A stretch of DNA of 64,000 nucleotides from an uncultured Chitinophaga sp. (GTDB lineage Bacteria; Bacteroidota; Bacteroidia; Chitinophagales; LD1): contig CAYREY010000005.1 of NCBI GenBank assembly GCA_964423405.1, forward strand, positions 494 to 64,493. Direction: 5' to 3'. The translations under genes were made by a program, and so were the position numbers. Numbering within the stretch: the stretch's first letter is position 1; each line of letters begins with the position of its first letter. The notes beneath the pieces are model-generated. The model did no database searches. It saw nothing but the letters and a program-made list of their open reading frames with translations, and was not told where the DNA came from. This document shows, in pieces, positions 28,701-36,685 of the stretch.

Positions 28701-29596
28701 ATAATTGGGATTTGGGCGATGGAAATACCGCCACTACCAACACCCTAATATATAACTATGCAACGCCGGGCACTTACACCGTAATACTTATAGCTACCAG
28801 CGATAAAGGGTGCATACAAAGCAGCAGCAACAACACAGTGGTATATAATATACCGGTAGCATCAGCTACCAGTACACCGGCATGTTACAGGCAGGATAAT
28901 GGCAGCGTAACCGTACAGGTAACCAACGGCACACAGCCCTATAGTTATAACTGGAGCAACAACATTACAAACAACACTGCTACCGGGCTATATGCCGGCA
29001 ACTATCTGGTTACAGTTACCGATGCCAACCAATGCACAGCAACCGCCAGTACAGTTGTTACAGAACCGGCCATACCGTTAACCGTTAGTGCAACACCGGT
29101 GGCACCAACCATTAAATTGAATGACCTTGTAAACATTACGCTAAGCAATAGCTATAACGATGCGGCTGCACAATATGAGGTATGGCCGGATTATGGGCTT
29201 AACTGCACTACCTGTGACACTTTTAATGCACAACCTTACCAAACAACTGATTACTATGTAACCGTTACAGATGTATTGGGCTGTAAGGGTAGTGGTACCT
29301 TTACCGTAACTGTCGACCAGGCATTGCCACTGTTTGTACCCAACGTATTTACCCCTAACGGCGATGGAGCGAACGATACGTGGGCTGTGTTTACGCAAGC
29401 GGTAAAGTTGTTTAACATAAAGGTATTTAACCGCTGGGGCGAAAAAGTATTTGAAGCCGATGGTACAGAACAAAACTGGGATGGCACCTATCAGGGCCGG
29501 CCACTACCACCGGGAGTTTATACCTACCAGGGCAATGTGGTGTACCTGAACAATAATACCCTGCCACTAAAAGGCACTGTTACCCTGCTGCGCTAA
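25721..29596 (+). CDS. giant secreted PKD-repeat protein with an N-terminal lectin/LamG-like domain, an SprB-type repeat and a T9SS type B C-terminal domain
   Basis: Signal peptide. The N-terminal domain contains DDDYMGFVFSF. About 10 PKD modules (W.FGDG.. motifs at regular ~80-aa spacing). CYRQDNGSVTVQVTNGTQPYSYNWSN...VTVTDANQC (SprB-like). C-terminus LFVPNVFTPNGDGANDTW...FNRWGEKVFEA...WDGTYQGR...GVYTY...GTVTLLR. Confidence 0.9.
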   Translation: MKPLIPAMFLQLLACMLYSQCVTNVDFNTWQEGGWAANGNWVVTGGGSQVHQTVNGNPSFFYSPYSLMNARISGDFRTTNSDDDYMGFVFSFLDPLGQSDNFNCWLYDWKQGTQSSGGYTGQVGMSLNHINGVIPSSGYSQTFWGHQNTPQFTCVDNNFGSAGWVRNQTHHFELFVTFTRAMIYIDNVLVFGHADCYWPGRFGFYNYSQADCYYSNFQYSLYVDYTNLTPTVCTGDTAKFQFINPCINLNFLLTQYESLVWNYGDGTVDTVLTPSVNSVNTSHVYTTPGTYNVTLRITDSQGCTDTAMHTVTVTAPPVAAFTTSPPCTGTSVNFSDNSAGAGAQWQWYFGDGDSAITQSPGHVYTNTGLYDVTFIATDTNGCRDTVTSTITVSAPPVAAFTPVPVCEQTASVFTDASTNTPAQWQWYFGDGNSSTQQNTQHIYSTSGSYNAMLIATSALQCADTVIQQVTVYPKPVSVFTTANVCYGTTAAFTNQSTGNITTYVWDFGDTQQSQLQNPSHFYSSAGTYTVALLSATADGCADTATAPVTIYPKPVAAFTAPDVCEGTTSQFTDNSTIASGSITTYSWNFGDNSPAAITQNTMHSYAIAGTYNAVLVIESGNLCSDTLTQPVIVNPNPVATFTTGNACLGTPAQFTSQSTGNIASYQYSFGNGQTSALPSAVHYYNSAGNYNTSLIVTTGAGCSDTTSTQVVTIYPKPDAGFTVAPVCSGIPSVFTDNSTLTSGSINSYNWSFGDGNTSTQQNPTNLYVADGTYPVTLMVVTDSLCSDTVTQTAIVHPLPQPGFSTTTVCLNQAITLTNTSTINSGSINQWWWDLGDGQTGTVQSPTYTYTAQGTYTVKLLATSDNNCVDSTQNTVTVYDKPVADFTVTEVCEAQATVFTDNSTIGNGSITQWLYSYGDNQTGTQPTEQHIYAQHGNYLAVLVVTSDNNCTDTATVPVIVNPLPVTAFTVTNVCLGVSSNFNNASTIPAGSISAYNWDLGDGNTATTNTLIYNYATPGTYTVILIATSDKGCIQSSSNNTVVYNIPVASATSTPACYRQDNGSVTVQVTNGTQPYSYNWSNNITNNTATGLYAGNYLVTVTDANQCTATASTVVTEPAIPLTVSATPVAPTIKLNDLVNITLSNSYNDAAAQYEVWPDYGLNCTTCDTFNAQPYQTTDYYVTVTDVLGCKGSGTFTVTVDQALPLFVPNVFTPNGDGANDTWAVFTQAVKLFNIKVFNRWGEKVFEADGTEQNWDGTYQGRPLPPGVYTYQGNVVYLNNNTLPLKGTVTLLR

Positions 29597-29694
29597 ACCG
29601 GTAAAACAGGCCATAAACATCCTTTGCTGCATTTATTATTGCCAGGTTTGGTGCCGGCACACAATAATTAACACCATATGAGCGCTATATAGGC

Positions 29695-30417
29695 ATGGCT
29701 AAACCTGCTACCCTATATATGCTGCTGCTGGCCTGCACACTGGCAGCCTGTAAAAACACACCGGCACAAAACCTATCCACCTCCACAGATGCGCCACCCA
29801 ATTACGACAGCCTGAAAGTAGCCATTGAATACAATCGCAAACTATACTACCAGCAATACACCCTTGTTACCGATTCTGCCGGCAGGCAACAGGTTATTAA
29901 AAATGCACGCAGCTATATAACCGAACAGATAGTAAACAACCTGCTGCCCCAATGGTATGGCACGCCCTGGGCTTTTGAAGGCACCACTACCCAACCCCGC
30001 AACGGGCAAATAGCCTGCGGCTATTTTGTAACCACCGTGCTGCAACATGCGGGCTTTAACCTGCCACGGGTTAAGTGGGCATGTGTGCCTTCTGAAACGC
30101 TGATAAAAGCTATTACCGACAAGCAAAACATAAAACATTACATAAATACCGAAGCTACGAATGTAGAAGCAGGCATTAAAGCCAGCGGCCCCGGCATTTA
30201 CATAGTGGGGCTGGATATGCACGTGGGGTTTATTGTAAATACGGGTAGTGAGGTACGTTTTGTACATAGTAACTACTACGAACCCGCCACCGGTGTAATG
30301 AGCCAGCCGCTGAATAGCATTAACCCGCTGCGCGATAGTAAGTACCGCGTGGCCGGTAAACTATTGAATGATGAGATGGTGCGGAGATGGATAACAGGGG
30401 AAAGGTTGGATGGGTAG
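29695..30417 (+). CDS. hypothetical lipoprotein, possible papain-like (Cys/His) fold
   Basis: Lipobox LLLACTLAAC. A conserved-looking GQIACGYFV (Cys) and a later MHVGFIV (His) suggest an NlpC/P60-like or amidase-like enzyme, by inference only. Confidence 0.55.
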   Translation: MAKPATLYMLLLACTLAACKNTPAQNLSTSTDAPPNYDSLKVAIEYNRKLYYQQYTLVTDSAGRQQVIKNARSYITEQIVNNLLPQWYGTPWAFEGTTTQPRNGQIACGYFVTTVLQHAGFNLPRVKWACVPSETLIKAITDKQNIKHYINTEATNVEAGIKASGPGIYIVGLDMHVGFIVNTGSEVRFVHSNYYEPATGVMSQPLNSINPLRDSKYRVAGKLLNDEMVRRWITGERLDG

Positions 30418-31080
30418 CTACGAGTAAAGCCCTTTCTTTATATCGAAGTTAGCTGCCAGAAACTGACGCATAATATCCAGATCGCCGGGGGCGAAACTAC
30501 TTTTATTAATAAACAATGCCTGTATAGGGCCGGTAAAAATAAGTAGCTGTTGGTCGGTTTCCATATAACTGTTTATGTTTTCCCAGCCCGATTGTGTTTT
30601 TGAAATACCGGCATCTACCAAGTAATAATCGGCATCGAAAACATACCGCGCTTTATTTTTTACAAACTCAGTAGCATCATACATTTTACCTGCCGATTTT
30701 TTTGAATAAAAAAGCATAACCCAACCAAAATACAACAATGCCAGCAAGGGTAATATAAATGTAGTATAGTCTATTTTAGCGTTAGAATAGGTAAAAGGCA
30801 GCATAAGAAAATTAGCACCAATCATAACTGCAATAAATACAAAAACCCATTTTAGCGATTTATTCCAACCTGCCTTGCCTACTACCTGTTGGTTTGCCTG
30901 TATAAACTCATCGCGACTTATAAAACTTTCTACCTGTATACGTTTTGTTAGTTTAACCGGTGTGCCGGCAGTGAATAGATTTCTACCGTGTAACTTATTG
31001 CGACCTAGTTTAAAATAAAGATATATCGCAGCTATTGCAAATGGAAGAATGTAAAAAAAAATATCTAATGGGTATTTCAT
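30418..31080 (-). CDS. YcxB-like membrane protein
   Basis: N-terminal and central TM helices with a C-terminal soluble part (..QQLLIFTGPIQALFINKSSF..) reminiscent of the YcxB family. AT-rich. Confidence 0.5.
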   Translation of the reverse strand: MKYPLDIFFYILPFAIAAIYLYFKLGRNKLHGRNLFTAGTPVKLTKRIQVESFISRDEFIQANQQVVGKAGWNKSLKWVFVFIAVMIGANFLMLPFTYSNAKIDYTTFILPLLALLYFGWVMLFYSKKSAGKMYDATEFVKNKARYVFDADYYLVDAGISKTQSGWENINSYMETDQQLLIFTGPIQALFINKSSFAPGDLDIMRQFLAANFDIKKGLYS

Positions 31081-31139
31081 ATGTTGTTCTTATAGGTTCG
31101 CTGCAATAGTATTAAAAAAAAATGTGGCCAATCGCTTTC

Positions 31140-31305
31140 GTCACCCTATAAATCGGGATGAAACATGCGGAGGACAAAAACAGCCAAACACATTACCGCC
31201 CCGACCGCCTTGTGCGGTCACCCCGCCTACTTTAGGCGGGAAATTAAACAGCCAACAGCCTAACCGGTATTTGAAGCCCCCTTGAGGGGGCCTATGGGGG
31301 TGACC
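31140..31305. repeat. modular palindromic repeat block, left of the DUF559 gene
   Basis: GTCACCC (31140), GGTCACCCCGCCTACTTTAGGCGGG, AACAGCCAACAGCC, GAAGCCCCCTTGAGGGGGC, ending GGGGGTGACC (31296-31305). These are the same modules as in 31728-32110. Confidence 0.8.
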
Positions 31306-31317
31306 TCTGCATTCATA

Positions 31318-31698
31318 TTAATCCGCTATACTTCTAAGCTCAACTATCCGGGTTTCTATTATTCTTTTTACGCCTTCAATATCATGCATTACATCTGTAT
31401 GCCGAAGCCGTAGAGTTGTACAGCCAAGCTGTAATAATACACTATCACGATTACTATCATACTCCACTTTATCATCATGGCTTTTACCATCAACTTCAAT
31501 AATTAGTTTTAGCTCCAGACAAATGAAATCTACTATGTAGTTGTTTATTGTCCGTTGACGCAGAAATCTGCAATCCATCATCTTTTTATTACTAAGTACC
31601 TGGTACCATAATTTCTTTTCACCAGGGGGCATATCGTTTCTTAACGCTTGAGCCAAAGGTTTGAGCTTTTTGTTGTAGTTATTATTTGAGTATTGCAT
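31318..31698 (-). CDS. DUF559 endonuclease-domain protein (Vsr-like fold)
   Basis: GEKKLWYQVL...FLRQRTINNYIVDFICLELKLIIEVDGKSHD...DSNRDSVLLQLGCTTLRLRHTDV matches the DUF559 pattern (E..LW...fRRQ..i..yivDF.c....l.iEvDG..H...D..R...L...G..vlR). Start taken at MQYSNNNY. AT-rich. Confidence 0.85.
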   Translation of the reverse strand: MQYSNNNYNKKLKPLAQALRNDMPPGEKKLWYQVLSNKKMMDCRFLRQRTINNYIVDFICLELKLIIEVDGKSHDDKVEYDSNRDSVLLQLGCTTLRLRHTDVMHDIEGVKRIIETRIVELRSIAD

Positions 31699-31727
31699 AT
31701 ATATCAAATGAATATAATACAAAATAC

Positions 31728-32110
31728 GGTCACCCTCCGGTCTTCGACCACCTCCCTCAAGGGAGGCTCAACAGCCGCCCCACCCTCAATCCCTCTACCG
31801 GTAAAAAGGAACTTGAACAGCCAACAGCCGAACCGGCATTTGAAGCCCCCTTGAGGGGACCTATGGGGTTACTTTCCTGCCGTAAATACAGTCACCCTCC
31901 GGTCTTCGACCACCTCCCTCAAGGGAGGCTCAACAGCCGCCCCACCCTCAATCCCTCTACCGGTAAAAAGGAACTTGAACAGCTAACAGCAGAACCGGTA
32001 TTTGAAGCCCCCTTGAGGGGGCCTGTGGGGGTGACTTTACTGCCGTAAATACAGTCACCCTCCGGTCTAGTACCACCTTCCTCAAAGTAGGTTCAACAGC
32101 CAACACCCCT
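31728..32110. repeat. about 2.3 tandem copies of a 162/163-bp MITE/REP-like unit
   Basis: Unit starts are at 31729, 31891 and 32054. The first 93 nt of units 1 and 2 are identical. The termini GTCACCC...GGGGGTGAC are inverted. Internal hairpins are CCTCCCTCAAGGGAGG and GAAGCCCCCTTGAGGGGGC. Confidence 0.9.
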
Positions 32111-32124
32111 TGCCCGTATTACTA

Positions 32125-33837
32125 TTAAATATCCCAGGCAACCATGGCGCGTACTTCGTCTACGCTTAGTGGTGTTACAACGGCCAGGCCGTTGGCGGTG
32201 TATTTATCTTTCAGGTAGTTTACCGATGGGGTAATCCATGCGGCGCTTTCAGGGTTCAGGTTATCGAGCAGAACTGATATTTGATACAATGTAGTCAGGC
32301 GCTCGAAGAATGGTTTGGCGCTGGCTTCCATTTGCTGTGGTAAAAGTTGTTTCAGGTTTTCGGCAAAGGCTTTTAGCTGCTGTACGTTGCTGCGCAAAAA
32401 CTCAGCATGTTCGGCATGGTTGTTAGCCGTGTTTTCTATTTCGGCGTTTAGTGTATCAAAGCCATCGCTTTTAAAGAATGCACGCAGTATATCGAGTACA
32501 ATAATGTTGCCGCTGCCTTCCCATATTGGCAGCACCATTACATCGCGCATAATTTTAGGCAGCACACCATCTTCTATGTAGCCCAGACCGCCCATTAGCT
32601 CCATGCTTTCGCGGGTAATGTACACACCGGTTTCGGCACTCCACTTTTTGGTTATTGGGTTTATAATGCGGAACAGGCTGGCTTCTTTCTTATCGCCGTT
32701 GTCGGCTTTATCCAGCGCCTCTATAGCGCGCCATACCAGGTAAAAGTTAGCCACGTTAAGCGCGGCCAGTTCGGTTAGCTTGGTACGTATAAGCGCGTGT
32801 TCCAGTGCCGGTTTACCAAAGGTGACACGTGCATTTAAAAACTGATAAGCCTCTACCAGCGCGCGGCGCGAAGCCGACAGTGCTGCAACCGAGTTGTAGA
32901 GGCGCGAAAGGTTAACCATCTCTATCATCACCTTAAAGCCTTCAAACTCCTTCCCCACCATTTTGCCTCGGGTATCGCGTAGTATGCACTCGGCACTGGC
33001 CATGCTGCGTACACCCAGTTTATCTTTCAGACGTATTACCTCCATGTAGTTGCGCTCGCCATTGGGCAATGGGTTCTCTATCATAAATATAGATAAGCCT
33101 TTGGTGCCTTTCACATCGTTATCGGTGCGGGCCAGTGCAAATATCAGTTGTGCATTGGCGTTGCTGCAAAACCACTTTTCGCCGTTCAGTCGGTACACAT
33201 CATCATCTTCATGCTCGGCAATGGTAATACTGGCACCTACATCGCTGCCACCGGTTTTTTCGGTCAGGAACATAGCACCGGTGTACAGGTCGGCTGCATT
33301 ATCGGTAGCAATATGCGGCAACAAACGGGCACGGTCTTCTTCTCGACAGAATAAATCAATCAATCGCGCCACACCATCGGTCATACACAGCGGACAGTAC
33401 TGGCCCGATTCGCTCATAGCATACAGGTAGCCGCTGGCAAAACCAAGCCGCTGTTTTTCGGCATTGAATTTTTGTTGTAGCGATGGCTCCCACTTAACGC
33501 GGAACATTTCGCTTTTAACGGCAATGTCCATCAAGTTCCAGTAGGCCGGGTGAAAACGGATTTCATCAATATTCTCGCCGGTAAAACTGCGTTTAACCAA
33601 TACCGGCCCCTGCTTATCGGCCAGCAACGATAACTCGTTCATAACACCTGCAGCCTGTGTTCCGGTATACTCCAGTTTATCCTGCATGTAGGTGTACCCT
33701 TCGGCCGATACGTTATTTTTAAAATAGTTGCGTAGTATTTTATCGCTCTGGTAAAAATTACTGCTTACGCGATAATCGTTCATTACCTTGTTTTTGTGCT
33801 GGGGGTAGGTAGGTTTGTTTTTAACCGGGGTATCCAT
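32125..33837 (-). CDS. acyl-CoA dehydrogenase family protein (AidB-like, long form)
   Basis: About 570 aa with FLTEKTGGSDVG, WFCSNA, and a C-terminal four-helix region with GGLGYIEDGVLPKIMRD. Start reset to MDTPVKNK (ATG 33835-33837). Confidence 0.88.
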   Translation of the reverse strand: MDTPVKNKPTYPQHKNKVMNDYRVSSNFYQSDKILRNYFKNNVSAEGYTYMQDKLEYTGTQAAGVMNELSLLADKQGPVLVKRSFTGENIDEIRFHPAYWNLMDIAVKSEMFRVKWEPSLQQKFNAEKQRLGFASGYLYAMSESGQYCPLCMTDGVARLIDLFCREEDRARLLPHIATDNAADLYTGAMFLTEKTGGSDVGASITIAEHEDDDVYRLNGEKWFCSNANAQLIFALARTDNDVKGTKGLSIFMIENPLPNGERNYMEVIRLKDKLGVRSMASAECILRDTRGKMVGKEFEGFKVMIEMVNLSRLYNSVAALSASRRALVEAYQFLNARVTFGKPALEHALIRTKLTELAALNVANFYLVWRAIEALDKADNGDKKEASLFRIINPITKKWSAETGVYITRESMELMGGLGYIEDGVLPKIMRDVMVLPIWEGSGNIIVLDILRAFFKSDGFDTLNAEIENTANNHAEHAEFLRSNVQQLKAFAENLKQLLPQQMEASAKPFFERLTTLYQISVLLDNLNPESAAWITPSVNYLKDKYTANGLAVVTPLSVDEVRAMVAWDI

Positions 33838-33960
33838 ATTGAGCTTTGATTTGATATAGCTAAGATAATAAAAAGGCACCGGTAGAACATGCTGTTAAAC
33901 AGGTTAAAAGTTAAAGCAAAATAAATATATTACAATTATAAACAATATATTAAAATATGG

Positions 33961-34048
33961 GGGTGTAGGCAAATTTACGGGAGGGGTATAGGCATAAGGA
34001 TTTACAACAAGCTAACTATCAATTACTTAAAACGAGTGGGTGTAGGCA
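33961..34048. promoter_or_regulatory. three direct copies of GGGT(G/A)TAGGCA in a divergent promoter region
   Basis: GGGTGTAGGCA at 33961, GGGTATAGGCA at 33984 and GGGTGTAGGCA at 34038, between the acyl-CoA dehydrogenase (-) and DUF2804 (+) genes. Confidence 0.35.
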
Positions 34049-34125
34049 TGGTTTAAAAAACGTGCGTATTTTGCAAAAAATGATTCCGTATTTTTTAGCA
34101 CTTTCACGCTTAGTAAACACACCAC

Positions 34126-35181
34126 ATGGCCTACCAACAACGCCCCATAAGCAAGGCACCGGATTTATTAGTAGAGAACGGACAGTACAACCTGGGCTGT
34201 TTCAACACACCGGTTAAGCGTGCCAACCTGATAGATTACCCTAACCCTTACAAATTGCCTTTACCCAAAGCACTAAAGGGTTTGCAACTGCGCGAGTGGC
34301 AGGCATTTCAGCTACATGGCAACGGGCATTTTATAATGGTGGCTATATACAACGCCAAGAAGATATCGCTGGTACAGTTTATAGTATACGATATAAAGAA
34401 TAACAAGAAGATTAAGTACGAGAAGAAAGTACCGGCATGGGCCTTAACTGTACCCGATAACCTGCATGATAGTATTGCCAGTTATACCAGTGGTAACTTT
34501 AGCCTGAAGGCAACACATAACCTGAGCAACCATACGCTTGAGCTTACTGCTGCTATTAAAAACTTTGGTGGGCTGCCAGAGGTAAAAGCACACTTTACCG
34601 GGTTGCACGATGTAAGCAACTACACGCCTATGGTGGTGTGTAATCCGTTTAGTGCAGGGCGGGTAATGTACAGCCACAAATGCCTGATGCCAATGGAAGG
34701 CGAGCTAACCATTGGCAATAAGCATGTAGTATTTGAGAAGGGAAAATCGCAGCTGATAATTGACGACCACAAAGGGTACTACCCCTACCCTACCGAATAC
34801 GATTGGGTAACCGGTTTAGGCTTTGATGCCAGTGGTAAGATGATTGGTTTTAACCTGACAAACAACCAGGTTATAAACCAGGATACATACAATGAAAACT
34901 GCCTGTGGTATAATGGCGAGTTGCACCCGCTGCCGCCTATTAAAGTAGAGCGGCCCGATGGTGTGCAGGGCACCTGGCTGATAACCGATGCGCATGGCAT
35001 GGTTAACCTGCAATTTAAGCCGGTGATACATACATCGGTTAATATTAACCTGCTGGTGCTACGCAGCCAGTATGAGGGACCGTATGGTTTCTTTACCGGT
35101 TATCTGCAAAAGACAAACGGCGAGAAGGTGGCTATAGAAAATATATTTGGTATGGGTGAAGACTTTTACCTGCGGGCATAA
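34126..35181 (+). CDS. DUF2804-family protein
   Basis: 351 aa. LREWQAFQLHGNGHFIMVAIYNAKK... and the overall beta-rich pattern match my memory of DUF2804. Not verified. Confidence 0.7.
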   Translation: MAYQQRPISKAPDLLVENGQYNLGCFNTPVKRANLIDYPNPYKLPLPKALKGLQLREWQAFQLHGNGHFIMVAIYNAKKISLVQFIVYDIKNNKKIKYEKKVPAWALTVPDNLHDSIASYTSGNFSLKATHNLSNHTLELTAAIKNFGGLPEVKAHFTGLHDVSNYTPMVVCNPFSAGRVMYSHKCLMPMEGELTIGNKHVVFEKGKSQLIIDDHKGYYPYPTEYDWVTGLGFDASGKMIGFNLTNNQVINQDTYNENCLWYNGELHPLPPIKVERPDGVQGTWLITDAHGMVNLQFKPVIHTSVNINLLVLRSQYEGPYGFFTGYLQKTNGEKVAIENIFGMGEDFYLRA

Positions 35182-35186
35182 AAAAT

Positions 35187-35206
35187 CCCCGGGTTAAAAC
35201 CCGGGG
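35187..35206. terminator. bidirectional hairpin between convergent genes
   Basis: AAAAAT-CCCCGGG-TTAAAA-CCCGGGG, between the stops at 35181 (+) and 35264 (-). Confidence 0.65.
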
Positions 35207-35263
35207 CTACTATATATATTGTTCCTACGGAGCTTAAAGGATTATAAGGTATGTAGGCTAGCA

Positions 35264-35896
35264 CTACTTCACTACAAACAACTCATCGGCTACGGCAACA
35301 TTCAGTTGTTTATTGGTAAACAGCAGCAGGGTGTTATCGCCAGATGGTTCGTTCATTTGCAGGCTTACGGCGGTGTAATCTTTTTTATCAAGCACCAGCT
35401 CTATTGTACTAAGGTAGTTGGCCAGTGTTTTTGAAACCGGTTTTAATGTAACCATTACCTGTGTTTTGCTTTCGGTGTAGCTAACTTTAAAATCTTTACC
35501 GGTAAACAAACTGCCATCGATAGAGCCAATGATAATATTGCTTAATTGCTGAAACATTTTGCTGCGGTGCATATCCATCTTAGAGGTCTTCTTATCATCC
35601 TGCACCATCATTTTACCGGCGTTCATCACCACCAGATTTTTAGTGGGTTTGGTGTAATCTATACGCACCATATTAGTACGCTTAAAATAAAACTTACCTT
35701 TTGATATAGCTTTATCGGTAAGCATAGAAACCTGTTTCTGCTGCTCTATATCGCACTGTATGGTGTTTATCTTTTTGCTGGCATCGGTAATTTTTTGTAC
35801 TACGGCAGGCACATCTTTTACCGGTGTAAATGTTTGTGCAAAGGCTGTATAAGTAATAACAATAAACAGGGGCGATAACAGGTGGCGGAGTTTCAT
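35264..35896 (-). CDS. LolA-like outer-membrane lipoprotein carrier family protein
   Basis: Signal peptide. 210 aa. FTPVKD..VVQKI...I.TIQCDIEQQKQVSMLTDKAISKGKFYFKRTNMVRIDYTKP is typical of LolA-like proteins encoded in aryl-polyene/flexirubin-type clusters. Confidence 0.7.
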   Translation of the reverse strand: MKLRHLLSPLFIVITYTAFAQTFTPVKDVPAVVQKITDASKKINTIQCDIEQQKQVSMLTDKAISKGKFYFKRTNMVRIDYTKPTKNLVVMNAGKMMVQDDKKTSKMDMHRSKMFQQLSNIIIGSIDGSLFTGKDFKVSYTESKTQVMVTLKPVSKTLANYLSTIELVLDKKDYTAVSLQMNEPSGDNTLLLFTNKQLNVAVADELFVVK

Positions 35897-35911
35897 AATT
35901 GGCGAATGTGT

Positions 35912-36685
35912 TTAGTAGTAAGCTTTCTGGTTTAATAATTCATCTACCCCCACAAACACAAAACCACGGCTGCGGGCTTCGCGGATAAAATCAGAAAGAA
36001 TGCCAATTGTATGTTTACCCCAGTCGTGAAACAGAATAATATCGCCGTTGCCCAGGTTTTTAAGAGATTTTTGCAGTAAGGCATTGGCATCGGTAGCGTT
36101 GGTATCGTAGGTGCGGATGCTCCAGCCTATACACTGGTAACCACCATTGCACGTTGCACCGGCTACCATAGGGTTGGTAACGCCATACGGCGGACGGAAG
36201 AAACGCGGACGCTTACCGGTTACACGTTCCAGTTCTTTATCGCATTGCTTAAGGTCGGCCAGTATGGTATTGGTACTGTTCATGGCAAACCAATACGTGT
36301 GCGAATAGCTGTGATTGCCTACCACATGGCCTTCGGCAAGCATACGGTTAACCAGTGCCTCGTTACCGGGTATGTTTTTACCGATAAGAAAAAACGAAGC
36401 AGGTACATTCTCTGCTTTCAGTAAATCGAGCAGGCGTGGGGTAAACTCCTGCATAGGGCCATCATCGAACGTAATGGCAATTTTGTTTTGATTACTACTG
36501 CCTTTGTACAGTGCTTTTATGTAAAAGCCAGATTGAATAAAGTATGAACCATAGGCCAATATCTCAAGGTAAACCAGCAGTACCAGCAGGTAAGCCCACC
36601 AGGGTACGGTAAACCAGGTTTCCATTACCAGCAGCAGTAGTAATGTTGCAACAAATGCAAGGCGTGTATTTACAGCGGTTAGCAT
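35912..36685 (-). CDS. polysaccharide deacetylase (NodB-homology) family membrane-anchored protein
   Basis: NodB motifs ITFDDGP, HSYSH and RPPYG, with 2 N-terminal TM helices. Confidence 0.85.
   Translation of the reverse strand: MLTAVNTRLAFVATLLLLLVMETWFTVPWWAYLLVLLVYLEILAYGSYFIQSGFYIKALYKGSSNQNKIAITFDDGPMQEFTPRLLDLLKAENVPASFFLIGKNIPGNEALVNRMLAEGHVVGNHSYSHTYWFAMNSTNTILADLKQCDKELERVTGKRPRFFRPPYGVTNPMVAGATCNGGYQCIGWSIRTYDTNATDANALLQKSLKNLGNGDIILFHDWGKHTIGILSDFIREARSRGFVFVGVDELLNQKAYY

Noticed and set aside
31686-32048. 120-aa + strand ORF (HPPVFDHLPQGRLNSRPTLNPSTGKKELEQ.. twice)
   Set aside because: It is simply a read-through translation of the 162-bp tandem repeat, and it overlaps the DUF559 start in antisense. 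It is more parsimoniously non-coding repeat DNA.
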